A DNA stretch of 63,815 nucleotides, the filler included, from Octopus bimaculoides (lineage: Eukaryota): NCBI RefSeq assembly GCF_001194135.2. It is 5 parts of 5 records of this genome, joined end to end, with 100 filler letters (N's around TTAATTAATTAA, not from the genome) between each part and the next. Parts side by side here need not be neighbours in the genome. Positions count along the whole stretch, not along the records: positions 30,799 to 61,366 come from NC_069002.1; 4 more parts are not named here. One strand, given 5' to 3'. Under the pieces are notes generated by a model that made no database searches, was not told where the DNA came from, and saw only the letters and a list, made by a program, of their open reading frames with translations. The stretch's first letter is position 1. The number at the start of each line of letters is the position of its first letter. A program made the translations under genes and the position numbers. Shown one piece after another: positions 38,230 through 51,345 of the stretch.

Positions 38230-39112
38230 TTGGGTCATCCCATAAATAATGCGGATTTTTCAATTGCATGAAATAAAAGTCGGAAAGGGACGGGATAAAT
38301 TTACCTGCATCAACTTGCTATAAAAGCAGGTAGGAATTTTCCCTCCTTCATATTTTTACTTCAAGTTTTGAAGAATTCTGTTCGATTTGGGGTCATCCCA
38401 TAAATAATGCGGTTTGTTTTATACTTCTTTTATTTTTCAAAATTAACATAAACAAAGTTCTTGTTTAATCTAAAATATACTCTCCTTCATTTTCTACAAT
38501 GCTCTTCCATCTATCTGGTAGACTTGCAAGGTCCCTCTACAAAATTCACTTTTCTGTGGCGAAAAGTGCTCCTCCAATACTGACCTCGTCTTCAGAATTC
38601 CTATTTTTTCCATCCAAATGATTTTGAAGACTGCGAAATAAATGATAATCAGATGAGGCAATGTCCAGTGAATATGGTGGGTGAGGCAACGTTTCCCATT
38701 CCAACTGCTCCAGCCTTTGGTATGTCATCCTCGCTGTATGTGGCCGAACATTATGCTGATGGAAGAACACCTTTCCTCTTGAAACCAAAGATAGTTGCTT
38801 TTCTTCTGGCGCTGACTTAAGCCGCTCAAGCTGCTCGCAGTAGATCTCCTTTGTTACCATTTGGTAATTTAAAGTGGACTAAACCTTTCATATCCCACCA
38901 AACAGATAACAACACCTTACATGGGTGAAGACCTTCTTTAGCCTGCGGTGCCAGTGTTTCTCCTTTCCCTGCCCACTGTCTTCGACGCTTGATATTTTTA
39001 TAGAGAACCCATTTTTCGCTACCAGTCACTATTCGACCCAAAAACGGTTCATTCGTGAGATGTGACAGTAAAGAAGAGCACACATTCACTCTCTGCACGC
39101 GATTAGACTCGG
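38230..39112 (-). mobile_element. Dead mariner transposon with two same-orientation TIR copies at its left end
   Basis: RIVTGSEKWVLY, LHPCKVLLSVWWD, FHQHNVRPH, HPPYSLDIASSDYHLFRSL, GEYILD*; frameshifted, catalytic D residues lost. gggtcatcccataaataatgcgg at about 38232 and 38390. Confidence 0.93.
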
Positions 39113-39113
39113 T

Positions 39114-39175
<62 letters not shown>

Positions 39176-39544
39176 TACACATATACACATGTTTTATATA
39201 TAAATGTGTGTGTGTATGAACATACATAACATATACTTTTACAGATTGGTTAATACATAAACATGACGAATCGTGGTTGATAGTTAATGGGACACGAATC
39301 ATTGAGGCTTAGAGGTTTTAGCGACTTTATACCGTATCGAGTTGGTTCTCAAATTAAATGCATGGACCTACCCATCCATCCATCCATCCATCCATCCATC
39401 CAACTATCCAATGAGCCAGCCAGCCAGACACCAAGCCAACTACGATATATTCATACATAAATACATACATAGATATACCATTTGTATATACATATGCACG
39501 CATATGCGTAAATATATATATATATATTTATATATGTATATAAG

Positions 39545-39612
<68 letters not shown>

Positions 39613-40032
39613 NNNNNNNNNNNNNNNNNNNNNNNNNNNNNNNNNNNNNNNNNNNNNNNNNNNNNNNNNNNNNNNNNNNNNNNNNNNNNNNNNNNNNNNN
39701 NNNNNNNNNNNNNNNNNNNNNNNNNNNNNNNNNNNNNNNNNNNNNNNNNNNNNNNNNNNNNNNNNNNNNNNNNNNNNNNNNNNNNNNNNNNNNNNNNNNN
39801 NNNNNNNNNNNNNNNNNNNNNNNNNNNNNNNNNNNNNNNNNNNNNNNNNNNNNNNNNNNNNNNNNNNNNNNNNNNNNNNNNNNNNNNNNNNNNNNNNNNN
39901 NNNNNNNNNNNNNNNNNNNNNNNNNNNNNNNNNNNNNNNNNNNNNNNNNNNNNNNNNNNNNNNNNNNNNNNNNNNNNNNNNNNNNNNNNNNNNNNNNNNN
40001 NNNNNNNNNNNNNNNNNNNNNNNNNNNNNNNN

Positions 40033-40076
<44 letters not shown>

Positions 40077-40256
40077 CGACCATGTATATCTATATATATG
40101 TACACATACATTATATATATATATATATCTCAATATCTATATATATATGTGTATATATATACATACGTACAGACAGACATACACATTTACATTCAAGAAT
40201 ACATATAACATTCTTGATAGTGAATGTTCTTGAAACCGAGTGTATGCATGTGTGTA

Positions 40257-40318
<62 letters not shown>

Positions 40319-40437
40319 TGTGTGCTATCGTGTGCATTATATATATTTGTATATGCTGCCATCGAATGAATGAATGTCTGTCTATCTGTCTGTTTGTCGC
40401 GGAATGCATGTAGTTATTGTTCTAATTATTGTCTCGC

Positions 40438-40472
<35 letters not shown>

Positions 40473-41127
40473 CTGTTTTTATCGTTGTTATTGTAGTTCT
40501 TTGTGTTTTATTATTTTTTTTTTAGTCGAATGCGGAGTAGAGAAATAAAAGAAGAATATAACAGAAAACAGGAAACAGTAAAAAAAAAAATACAAAAAAA
40601 GAGAGGAAAAGAAATGAAAATACCAAAAAGAAAAACAAAAACAAACTCAACTGGAATATACAGATTCTGCGTGGAAACATTAACCACTAATACTGTCATT
40701 CTGAGAAATGATAGACGGACGCTGATGGTCTCTTGCCAAGTATGAGCGGGTTTTGGAGTCGGTGTCTTACGATGATAGAAGGTGGGATGGTACTGGAAGT
40801 TGGGTCGGGTGTCGCGGCGCCGATGGTGGAGTAATGAACGGTCGTGGAGTGGAGAACGAGAAAAGAACCTAAAAGGTCTTGGCAGCCGTACCAAAAGTAT
40901 ATTTCTATATACGTCTATAACTGAATTAAGTTATGCATAGATAATTGAAATAAACAGGGAAATCCAGTGTTTTTAGCACCGTGGTGTGAAAGTAAGATGG
41001 AATTGGAATGAACATACACTAAAAGAAAGAGTCGGTAAACGAACTGGTTAATACACACATGCACACACATATACATATATACATGCAAACACCCACGTAC
41101 GCAAATATATACGTATGTAGATAGATT

Positions 41128-41193
<66 letters not shown>

Positions 41194-41926
41194 CAGACAG
41201 ATAGATAGAAAGACGGATACATTAATAGAAAAACACACACACACACACACACNNNNNNNNNNNNNNNNNNNNNNNNNNNNNNNNNNNNNNNNNNNNNNNN
41301 NNNNNNNNNNNNNNNNNNNNNNNNNNNNNNNNNNNNNNNNNNNNNNNNNNNNNNNNNNNNNNNNNNNNNNNNNNNNNNNNNNNNNNNNNNNNNNNNNNNN
41401 NNNNNNNNNNNNNNNNNNNNNNNNNNNNNNNNNNNNNNNNNNNNNNNNNNNNNNNNNNNNNNNNNNNNNNNNNNNNNNNNNNNNNNNNNNNNNNNNNNNN
41501 NNNNNNNNNNNNNNNNNNNNNNNNNNNNNNNNNNNNNNNNNNNNNNNNNNNNNNNNNNNNNNNNNNNNNNNNNNNNNNNNNNNNNNNNNNNNNNNNNNNN
41601 NNNNNNNNNNNNNNNNNNNNNNNNNNNNNNNNNNNNNNNNNNNNNNNNNNNNNNNNNNNNNNNNNNNNNNNNNNNNNNNNNNNNNNNNNNNNNNNNNNNN
41701 NNNNNNNNNNNNNNNNNNNNNNNNNNNNNNNNNNNNNNNNNNNNNNNNNNNNNNNNNNNNNNNNNNNNNNNNNNNNNNNNNNNNNNNNNNNNNNNNNNNN
41801 NNNNNNNNNNNNNNNNNNNNNNNNNNNNNNNNNNNNNNNNNNNNNNNNNNNNNNNNNNNNNCATGCATATAGTTGTATATCTAGACATGATCATTATGTA
41901 TGCATGTAATGAATGTATGTACGTAC

Positions 41927-41957
<31 letters not shown>

Positions 41958-42250
41958 TGTATGTATGTATGTATGTATGCATGTGTGTATGTTGTATGTG
42001 TACCAGATTTGAAGAACCACTATTTTTTCAAAAACATATGTCCTAAAAATCTTCCCGTTTTCTATATGCGAACGTATGCTCATATTTCATGCTTTCATAC
42101 ACAAGAAAAGTTTTGCTGGAATATGCGCCGCTGATATTGGAGTGCATCTGCACACGTCAATTACAGAATCTTTCTAAAGATTACAAATTAAAATTAGAAA
42201 ATAAAAGTAGTTACCGAAGCACCGAGTAGTTTCTTTCAAATAACCTAATC

Positions 42251-42552
42251 TGGCACTCAATCGGTTACGGCGACAAGGATTCCAGTTCATCCGAACAACG
42301 GAACAGCCTGCTCGTGAAATTAATGTACAAGTGGCTGAGCACTCCACAGACACGTGTACCCTTAACGTAGTTCTCATGGAGATTCTGCGTGACGCAGAGT
42401 GTGACAAGACTGGCCTTTTCAAATAGAGGTACCTCTCATTTTTGCCAGCTAAGTGGACTGGAGCAACGGGAAATAAAGTGTCTTACACAAGGACACAACG
42501 CGTCGTCGGGAATTGAACTCACGACCTTACGATCCTTAGCCGAATATCCTAA
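42251..42552 (-). mobile_element. SINE sharing the family C 3' tail but with a different central domain
   Basis: 42251-42420 is the reverse complement of the family C tail; centre gttgtgtccttgtgtaagacactttatttcccgttgctccagtccac; tRNA-like head at about 42500-42552. Confidence 0.85.
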
Positions 42553-43651
42553 TCACTAAGCTACGTGCCTTTTCAAATAACCACTGCGTTAGGAATTGCA
42601 TTGCATATCAGGCGACTGCGAATGAAAACACAGCACTTCTGCGTATTATATAAGCTTAGCAGTAAATTCGTTTAAGTACTGATTATACCAGCATATATAC
42701 TCTTTCATGTGTTTTCGAAGCACGTTAGACACAAAGAAGGTTTACGTGCGCACATCAATATTTATGGCCTATCTAAGAGAGTGTCACCCCAGAAACAATA
42801 GTTCAAAATGTTTGATTAAAAAATATCACATTATGAAGCAAAGCACTCGAATAAGGGAGAGTGAGATAGTTAATTTCAATTTGTAGGCAGTAGAAAATTG
42901 TTGTTGTCTCTTCTCGGGGGAAAAGATCATCAGTGACACCAAAGATCACATAGCAGACTACCATTTTGTTTTGTGCTTCACAGTTCACTGAAGTTTGCTG
43001 CGTCTGAAATTCTAGATACCCGCATGAGAATCCACACACGGAATAGCAAAAGGAAGCATGTTTAAATACACACAGACACACACACTCACATATACATACA
43101 TACATATATGCATAATCGAGGAGTCCCATATTCAGAATGTTTAATTCTTACCTGCATTCACTTAATGAGAATGATTTTTATTTTTTTTTATTTTATTTTA
43201 TTTTTTCTTTGCATGACGTACCATTTCTGTTCATCAATGAGAAAAAACACAATCCATCCGTTGGTATTTGTGCGTGTGCATATATATATATATANNNNNN
43301 NNNNNNNNNNNNNNNNNNNNNNNNNNNNNNNNNNNNNNNNNNNNNNNNNNNNNNNNNNNNNNNNNNNNNNNNNNNNNNNNNNNNNNNNNNNNNNNNNNNN
43401 NNNNNNNNNNNNNNNNNNNNNNNNNNNNNNNNNNNNNNNNNNNNNNNNNNNNNNNNNNNNNNNNNNNNNNNNNNNNNNNNNNNNNNNNNNNNNNNNNNNN
43501 NNNNNNNNNNNNNNNNNNNNNNNNNNNNNNNNNNNNNNNNNNNNNNNNNNNNNNNNNNNNNNNNNNNNNNNNNNNNNNNNNNNNNNNNNNNNNNNNNNNN
43601 NNNNNNNNNNNNNNNNNNNNNNNNNNNNNNNATATATATATATATATATGT

Positions 43652-43800
43652 TCATCGGGCTTCTTTTCGTCAACCAAATCTGCTCCCAAGACTTTGATCA
43701 ACCTGAGGTTACAGTAGAATACACTTGTCCAATGTGCCACGCAGTTGTACTGAACCCAGAACCCTGTGATTTGGAGGCAAACTACTGACCACAAACAGAG
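43652..43800 (-). mobile_element. SINE family A, 5' half
   Basis: cgggcttcttttcgtcaaccaaatc...cacttgtccaatgtgccacgcag...actgaaccc. Confidence 0.8.
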
Positions 43801-44080
43801 AAAGACAGAGTCGTCCATCCATACATACATTAATATATACATACATGTACGTATGTATATGTGTGTGTATATATGTATGCATATATACACACACACACAT
43901 ATATATGATTTTTCGAAAGACATCAAAGACTCTACGCCTGAACAAAAGGAGTGAATAGAAACCATTGTGCAAGGCTATATTTATTAGTATATTCATAAAT
44001 AATTAAATACCTTACAATCGTACAAGTTTCAATACATCTCCACTTTTTCAAAGGTAATATGCAAATATATGTGTGCATGT

Positions 44081-44130
<50 letters not shown>

Positions 44131-44294
44131 ATGTGTATATGTATATATATATATATGTATGTATGTATGTATGCATGCATACATGCATGCATGCATGTAT
44201 GTATGTATATATGTATGTTTGTATGTATGTACAAGCACCATTCTATATTAAGCATCAGATCAGACCAATAGAAATGTATAAATCAATACCGTTC

Positions 44295-44420
44295 CATGAC
44301 TGTGGTTAATAAGCTTGCTTTGCAGCCACGTGTTTTCAGGTTCAGTCCCACTGCGTGGCACTTTGGACAAGAACCTCCTACTATATCTCCGAGCCGATTG
44401 ATGCCCTGACAGAGAATTTA
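44295..44420 (+). mobile_element. SINE family A, 5' half
   Basis: ctgtggttaataagcttgc...ggttcagtcccactgcgtggcactttggacaag. Confidence 0.8.
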
Positions 44421-44429
44421 GCAGACAGA

Positions 44430-44691
44430 TATATTTCAACCATCATAGATTGCTAGCCACTACACATTCTTTTTTTTCGCTCCTTTTTTCTTTCCTTTTC
44501 TTCTCCCCTTTTTTCTCTCCTTATTTTATTTTCACTCCTTGTTTCTTTCTGTGTTCCTTTCTGTGGATAAGCGTAGGCTCGAAACGTTAAAGACTTGTTC
44601 ACTTCCCGAGCGTTCTACTAATACATCTGTTTGTTGTCCACACCACCTGTCTTCGTCTTTTGTTTTTTTGTTTTTTTGTGAATTCTCCCTG
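44430..44691 (+). mobile_element. Second copy of the hammerhead-variant repeat (motif 44556-44593), ending at (TA)n
   Basis: CCUUU-CUGUGGA-U-AAGC(GUAG)GCUC-GAAA-CG-UU-AAAGA; downstream ttcccgagcgt...acaccacctgtc...ttctccc matches the reverse complement of 29740-29830. Confidence 0.7.
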
Positions 44692-46007
44692 TATATATAN
44701 NNNNNNNNNNNNNNNNNNNNNNNNNNNNNNNNNNNNNNNNNNNNNNNNNNNNNNNNNNNNNNNNNNNNNNNNNNNNNNNNNNNNNNNNNNNNNNNNNNNN
44801 NNNNNNNNNNNNNNNNNNNNNNNNNNNNNNNNNNNNNNNNNNNNNNNNNNNNNNNNNNNNNNNNNNNNNNNNNNNNNNNNNNNNNNNNNNNNNNNNNNNN
44901 NNNNNNNNNNNNNNNNNNNNNNNNNNNNNNNNNNNNNNNNNNNNNNNNNNNNNNNNNNNNNNNNNNNNNNNNNNNNNNNNNNAAAAGGATTAAGGCCAGT
45001 AAAAAAAATACAAAACAAAAGATAATTTGATGCGTGCTAAGGCTTACTAAGCTGTCCCACGGACTGCCTTCGTCTTTTTCTATCCCGAGGTGATTTATTT
45101 TCTACACAATATTTTCATTCTATTACTTATAGCTTCATCTACTTCGAGTTTCACTGTCAAAATCGAATTATTCGACGTCTCTATGTTTTTAAATTCTTAT
45201 GATGTAAATCGTATTATTATTTCGGACGTCAGAATTAAAAACGAGAAAATGAAATGGGTGAAGGAATGATGTCAAAAGTCGGGTTCTGTACTGCACGAGA
45301 GGAAAATTCTGTATGATTGAATTAAGTAAGAAGGCTAAAAGCGAGATTGCTGAGAGCAATGAAAGAATAAGGTCAGTGTTGAATTAATGCCGGCACAAAC
45401 AAGACAGAGACCAAGAGGGGGGAACAGAGGATGTTTGCAATAATGCTGAGAGCAGTGAAAAACAAGGTATGACAGAGGAGAAGAGGTAGGTCGATCTTCG
45501 TAAGAATGCTAGAAGGAAGAAAAATATATAAACAAATGCTGGTAAAAAAAAAAGAAGTACATTAAAGAACTGAGTTGGTGGGGGTGTAAGCAATAAAAAT
45601 CTACAGATAATGGAAACAGAAAAATGTCGACAGGAAAGGCCGCCGAATGAAACATAATGCCACACCAAATTTATATTATTTCTGAAAAAATATCATTTTT
45701 TTCTACAACGATGCGTACATCCACTTCTTAATAAGTTTCCGAAGACTTGAACGTAAACATAGCTTTTCGCTGTTGTATTTCGTCTCAGAGAACGACTTCT
45801 TCTCTTTGACGATGTGTATAAACAACACACCCGCTCCAACTAACGTCAGCGGATTATCAGACACCACTATTTCGGCATGCGAGTGCATCTTCAGTGATGG
45901 GCATCACTCGTTTCTTTTTGGTTTTTTAATTTTTTTGAGCTAAACGGAAACAACTCTTCCTATTTCTTATAATCCAGCCAAAATCTAAGATAATAACGAT
46001 AATTTTG

Positions 46008-46195
46008 GCATTAGGCCAGCAAATTCAGGGAAGGCAGCAGATCAGTTACATCGACACCAGTGCTCATTTCATCGACTCCGAACAGATAAAAGCAAAGTCG
46101 ATCGCGGCGGAATTTGAAATTAGATCGTAAAAACGGACGAAATACCACTAAGCAACATTAGCTCGGCGTCCTAACAATTCTGCCAGCTCGCCATT
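46008..46195 (-). mobile_element. SINE family B
   Basis: aaagcaaagtcgatcgcggcggaatttgaa...ttctgccagctcgcc. Confidence 0.85.
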
Positions 46196-46489
46196 TTACT
46201 ATATAAAAAAATTACTTTACTTTTTAGAATAAAGACTTACTCGAGTTTTCTTAAGAACGAAATTTTAATCCCTATCTTGAAATTAATTTATGCAATCGAA
46301 TGTTCCGATATCAACACTTATGTTGTTTGATTTTGGCTGTTTGAGTATTTTTAATATATATTTCAAGTAAAGCTAGTCATTTTTTCTTGTTTTCTTTTTT
46401 TTTTTTTTTNNNNNNNNNNTTACATGTTTATTATTTTTTGATCAGCTTTAAATGTGTTGCTTTAGACTTCACCCGTCTACTGAATTTAA

Positions 46490-47190
46490 CCAATCCATAG
46501 TGATTCCATTCTCTGCATCTTTCTCATATCCATCACTAATTCCTCTCCGCTATCTTCTTCAGGCCTGACAAGCATCTGCCACAATTTCTGAGTTAGTATA
46601 ACGACGAACATTAACTGCAACATCATCTACCAGCTTCCATTCTACAACATTATCTTCACCAATCCTTGATGCCATATTATCAATAACGTCATCTTTCTTC
46701 ATGCATTCTACATTATCGTCATCCACTCTTGCTGCAACATTGGTTACAGAATAAACTGGATCATAAGCGAAAATCGTTCATGTATAATCAACTTACCCTT
46801 TTGAAGTTCCAAATTCTCTAGTGAAGTCATTTGTCGCGTTTTCTGCAGATATAGACTCAAACATTAACACTAGAAATTTATTCCGCTCGTTTTTTTTTTT
46901 TTTTCTCTGTGAATGCCTCAACAGATTTTAAGCATTGGTAACACATTAAACCATGTCTCTTACATTAAATTATTTCAGAAACGCCTATACTAGTCTGCCC
47001 AAGATTATTTCACTTTGCAAGCAAGTCATGAAGAAGGAGCGATATTTAAATTTAAGAAAATGGAATATTCCATTGTTCAGAAGTTGAATTAACTGTTTAA
47101 CATTTAAACTGATCATATCAGGCCCGTATATTCTCCCTGTTGGCGATATCTGGTCTCTCACACTTCCCCAAAAATAAACAATCACATCAC
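46490..47190 (-). mobile_element. Decayed pogo/Tigger transposase (DDE_1 end and acidic C-terminus)
   Basis: LIQLLNNGIFHFLKFKYRSFF resembles LIQPLDQGII..LK..YR; later YDPVYSVTNV and VVEWKLVDD...YTNSEIV. Confidence 0.55.
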
Positions 47191-47328
47191 TGAAATCTCA
47201 AACCTGTGAGATGTTATATGATTAATTCAAATAAGCATCACATTAGACAGACTAATCTGAACGATAGAGGGTTAAAGATGTTCAATTAGGTAGATACTAC
47301 AAGTAAATAAATAAATGCATATATTTCC

Positions 47329-47470
47329 AGGCGCAGGCGCGGCTGTGTAGTAAGAAGCTTGCTTCCTAACCACATGGTTCTAGGTTCAGTCCCACTTGGA
47401 CAAGTGTCTTCTACTATATCTTCGGGCCGACCAAAGCCTTGTGTGTAGATTTGGTAGACGGAAACTGAGA
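47329..47470 (+). mobile_element. SINE family A 5' half, cut by the adjacent RTE fragment
   Basis: ggcgcaggcgcggctgtgtagtaagaagc...tttggtagacggaaactg, then switches into RTE sequence. Confidence 0.85.
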
Positions 47471-48590
47471 CCTTACTAGGCGAGCTGCCTTCCACAACCC
47501 AGAACACTGGGGAGATGAGGCAGCTGTTTGAAGAACTGGATATTGAGACAGGAACCTTTGCCAAAGAGGAGCTACAGAGAGCCAAGAAGATCAAGCAAGG
47601 CAAGGCCTACGCAAAGATAGAGTAGCACCAGAGGTAATGAAGAGGTGTGATTTTGATGATGTCGACCTGGAGTTCTGTCACCAGGTGCTGGTAAAAGGAG
47701 TTGCCTTGAATCAATGGAGGATCAGTAACATCGTCCCAGTACCAAAGAAGGGATATCCTTCTAACACCAACAACTACAGGGGTATCTGACTGATGTCACT
47801 CGTGACAAAAACCCTCAACAGGATGATTCTTAACAGGATCCAGCTCGAGATGGAGAAGCTCAGGAACAACCAGAATGGCTTAATAGAGGGAAGATCAACC
47901 ACCAGTCACATCCTAATGCTGAGGAAGATACCAAAGGAAGCTAGAGCAAAGAGTCTTCTTCTTGTCGTGGTTTTCATTGACTTTAGGAAGGCCTTTGATT
48001 CTGAGGACAGTCACTTACCCAAGAAGATAGTGGATTTGATATCACTGCTCTACGTCAACACCAGATCCCAAGTCATTACACTTGACGAGACGTCGGAGTT
48101 CTTTGAGATACTAGCTGGAGTGCTTCAGAGAGATACATTGGCTCCTTACCTTTTTATCATCGTGGTGGACTATTGTATGCTCCTTGCGTTGGAGAAACAC
48201 AAGGACTCTGGCTTTACTGTAGCGCCGGCTCAGAGTAGGAGGGTCAAGGCTAAAATGATATCAGATGCTGAATTTGTTGACGACATAGTTCTGGTGACAA
48301 ACACAGTGAGGGAGGCACAGGAGGTAGAGACTGTGTTGATAAGTGATGGGCTGAAAATGAATGAGATTAAGACGAAGTATATGGTAGGGAACATTAAGAA
48401 GCCAGAGAAGATTATGAATGTAGGTGGGTAGGCACTAGAGTTGATTGAGGACTTCCTGTACCTGGGAGCAAATATTGGGAACACAGAGAGTGATATAGTT
48501 AAGAGGAAGAGCAAAGCCAGTTTGAGATCTGTATGGAAGTTGGACCTTCGTAAAGACCTGAAAATTTGTCTCTTCGTTGCTGTAAGCTTC
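47471..48590 (+). mobile_element. RTE-type LINE RT domain, degenerate
   Basis: NIVPVPKKG, NNYRGI*LMS, ORF 47793-48431 with FIDFRKAFDS, GVLQRDTLAPYLFIIVVDY, EFVDDIVL; then EDFLYLGA. Confidence 0.92.
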
Positions 48591-48690
48591 TTTATTTGCC
48601 GAGCCTTTTTCGTCATAGACTGCACAACACTTCAAGTTGCTTGAAACGATGGCCCTAACCTTCACTATGATTTCTCCTCATAATCTAGTT

Positions 48691-49321
48691 CAGTGCTCCT
48701 CAACCATTTTTGAACCTATGGCCCCCTTTTTGATCCCTGTTTTACACGGATGGACCCTCATAACAATTAGATGTTTAAAAAGAATCTTATATTTTTACAA
48801 TTAAATACTATAAGGAATCGTATAAAGACATTGTTAAAATATTTTACGTATTGTAGAACTATAAACGTGCGGAAAGTAGCTTGCTTACCAACCACATGGT
48901 CCCGAGTTCAGTCCCACTGCGTGGCATCTTGGGCAAGTGTCTTCTACTATAGCCTCAGGCCGATCAAAGCCTTCTCAGTGGATTTGGTAGACGGAAACTG
49001 AAAGAAGCCCGTCATATATATGTATATATATATGTATGTATTTGTGTGTCTGTGTTTGTCCCCCCAACATCGCTTGACAACCGATGCTGGTGTGTTTATG
49101 TCCCGTAACTTAGCGGTTCAGCAAAAGTGACCCATAGAATAAGTACTAGGCTTCTAAAGAATAAGTCCTGGGGTCGATTTGTTCGACTAAAGGCGGTGCT
49201 CCAGCATGGCCACAGTCAAAAGACTGAAACAAGTAAAAGAGTAAAAGAGAGTATACATTTTAACAATAAAATCGTATATGCACCCCTAAGGGCCATATGG
49301 ACCCCCAGTTGAGAACCACTG
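48691..49321. mobile_element. hAT (Charlie-type) MITE with nested SINE
   Basis: Ends cagtgctcctcaac / gttgagaaccactg; flanks atctagtt and atctataa resemble an 8-bp NTCTAGAN TSD. Confidence 0.75.
48866..49250 (+). mobile_element. SINE family A, near full length, inserted in the hAT MITE
   Basis: Complete head-middle-tail match to 4653-5065. Confidence 0.92.
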
Positions 49322-49919
49322 ATCTATAAGTTCGCCGTAAAGAATTCTAGCTTGTTCCTTCACCTGATCCGCAAACAGCTCAACACCCTTACCTACTCAG
49401 GCGCTAAACCAAGTTATCAGTACTTCAGCCTGTTCGGATTTTCCTATCTTTCATTGTTCCCCTTCTGAACATCTTTCTCTTTGATTAACTGTCAGGAAAG
49501 ATCTGAAATAAATATACTTTCTGTTTATTAATGTCATAAACTGTCAAAGAGCCAATGAATAATGCATAATGAATAATGTATAATGTACACAGGCCTCTGA
49601 CAGACCCATTGCTATCGGGCGTTTCAGAAGTACAGCTTTTCTCTTATGTACAATGTATGGCGTTTGAGGTTTACTCCAAGAGATCCACGTCCTTTCTGCA
49701 TTGTAACCACAGTTGAAGATAAATGCCAGCTTGTTATAGTAATAAATGATGAAGAATCTGTAACAATGGTTTGCTTGGGTGTACGAGTTCACGCCAAAAA
49801 CTGATGCCACAAGTGACGAAAATAGAGCCGCGGCAATGGGGTCACTGCGATGAATCAGTTATTATGTGTGAATTAGCTGTAGAGACGGATCATCGGGGGT
49901 CAGATTAAAGAAGATATAG

Positions 49920-49962
<43 letters not shown>

Positions 49963-51313
49963 ATGTATACATATATATATATNNNNNNNNNNNNNNNNNN
50001 NNNNNNNNNNNNNNNNNNNNNNNNNNNNNNNNNNNNNNNNNNNNNNNNNNNNNNNNNNNNNNNNNNNNNNNNNNNNNNNNNNNNNNNNNNNNNNNNNNNN
50101 NNNNNNNNNNNNNNNNNNNNNNNNNNNNNNNNNNNNNNNNNNNNNNNNNNNNNNNNNNNNNNNNNNNNNNNNNNNNNNNNNNNNNNNNNNNNNNNNNNNN
50201 NNNNNNNNNNNNNNNNNNNNNNNNNNNNNNNNNNNNNNNNNNNNNNNNNNNNNNNNNNNNNNNNNNNNNNNNNNNNNNNNNNNNNNNNNNNNNNNNNNNN
50301 NNNNNNNNNNNNNNNNNNNNNNNNNNNNNNNNNNNNNNNNNNNNNNNNNNNNNNNNNNNNNNNNNNNNNNNNNNNNNNNNNNNNNNNNNNNNNNNNNNNN
50401 NNNNNNNNNNNNNNNNNNNNNNNNNNNNNNNNNNNNNNNNNNNNNNNNNNNNNNNNNNNNNNNNNNNNNNNNNNNNNNNNNNNNNNNNNNNNNNNNNNNN
50501 NNNNNNNNNNNNNNNNNNNNNNNNNNNNNNNNNNNNNNNNNNNNNNNNNNNNNNNNNNNNNNNNNNNNNNNNNNNNNNNNNNNNNNNNNNNNNNNNNNNN
50601 NNNNNNNNNNNNNNNNNNNNNNNNNNNNNNNNNNNNNNNNNNNNNNNNNNNNNNNNNNNNNNNNNNNNNNNNNNNNNNNNNNNNNNNNNNNNNNNNNNNN
50701 NNNNNNNNNNNNNNNNNNNNNNNNNNNNNNNNNNNNNNNNNNNNNNNNNNNNNNNNNNNNNNNNNNNNNNNNNNNNNNNNNNTATATATATATATATATA
50801 TATATATATGCAGATATTTGTAAGCGTGTATACGTATATGTAAATATATGTTAATCTGTGTATACACAGATATGCTTTGGCAAATATATACATATATTTC
50901 ATTCTTATTTTACGCACGCTCAAGCTTACATACATATATATACATATACATACATACATGTCTATATATATATATATATATACATACACACATATATATA
51001 CAAAGATATATATATATATATATATACATATATATTCATATATACAAAAATACATATACATATATATATACACACATATATATATGTGTTCGTGTGTAAA
51101 TATATATATATATATATATATATGGGGAAGTATGCCTGTATATGGAGGATGTAAACCTAAATGACATTTATAGCTTGAGGCCAGGCCTACACGCATGTTA
51201 ACTGGTTAAAAGATCATAAACGGACTTTGACTTAATTATCCTTATCATAGTGTTTACGCGCATTCAGTGTTTGCCTGTGATTTCATATATACGTACGTGT
51301 GTGTGTGTGTGTT

Positions 51314-51345
<32 letters not shown>

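Noticed and set aside
45703-45888. Minus ORF resembling a hAT dimerisation motif (SFS...LRSSL)
   Set aside because: Similarity is too short to call, and it competes with a + strand exon interpretation; needs a profile search.
46794-46846. Minus-strand exon-like segment ending AGG|gtaagt
   Set aside because: Lies within the colinear Tigger transposase relic; better explained as decayed TE sequence.
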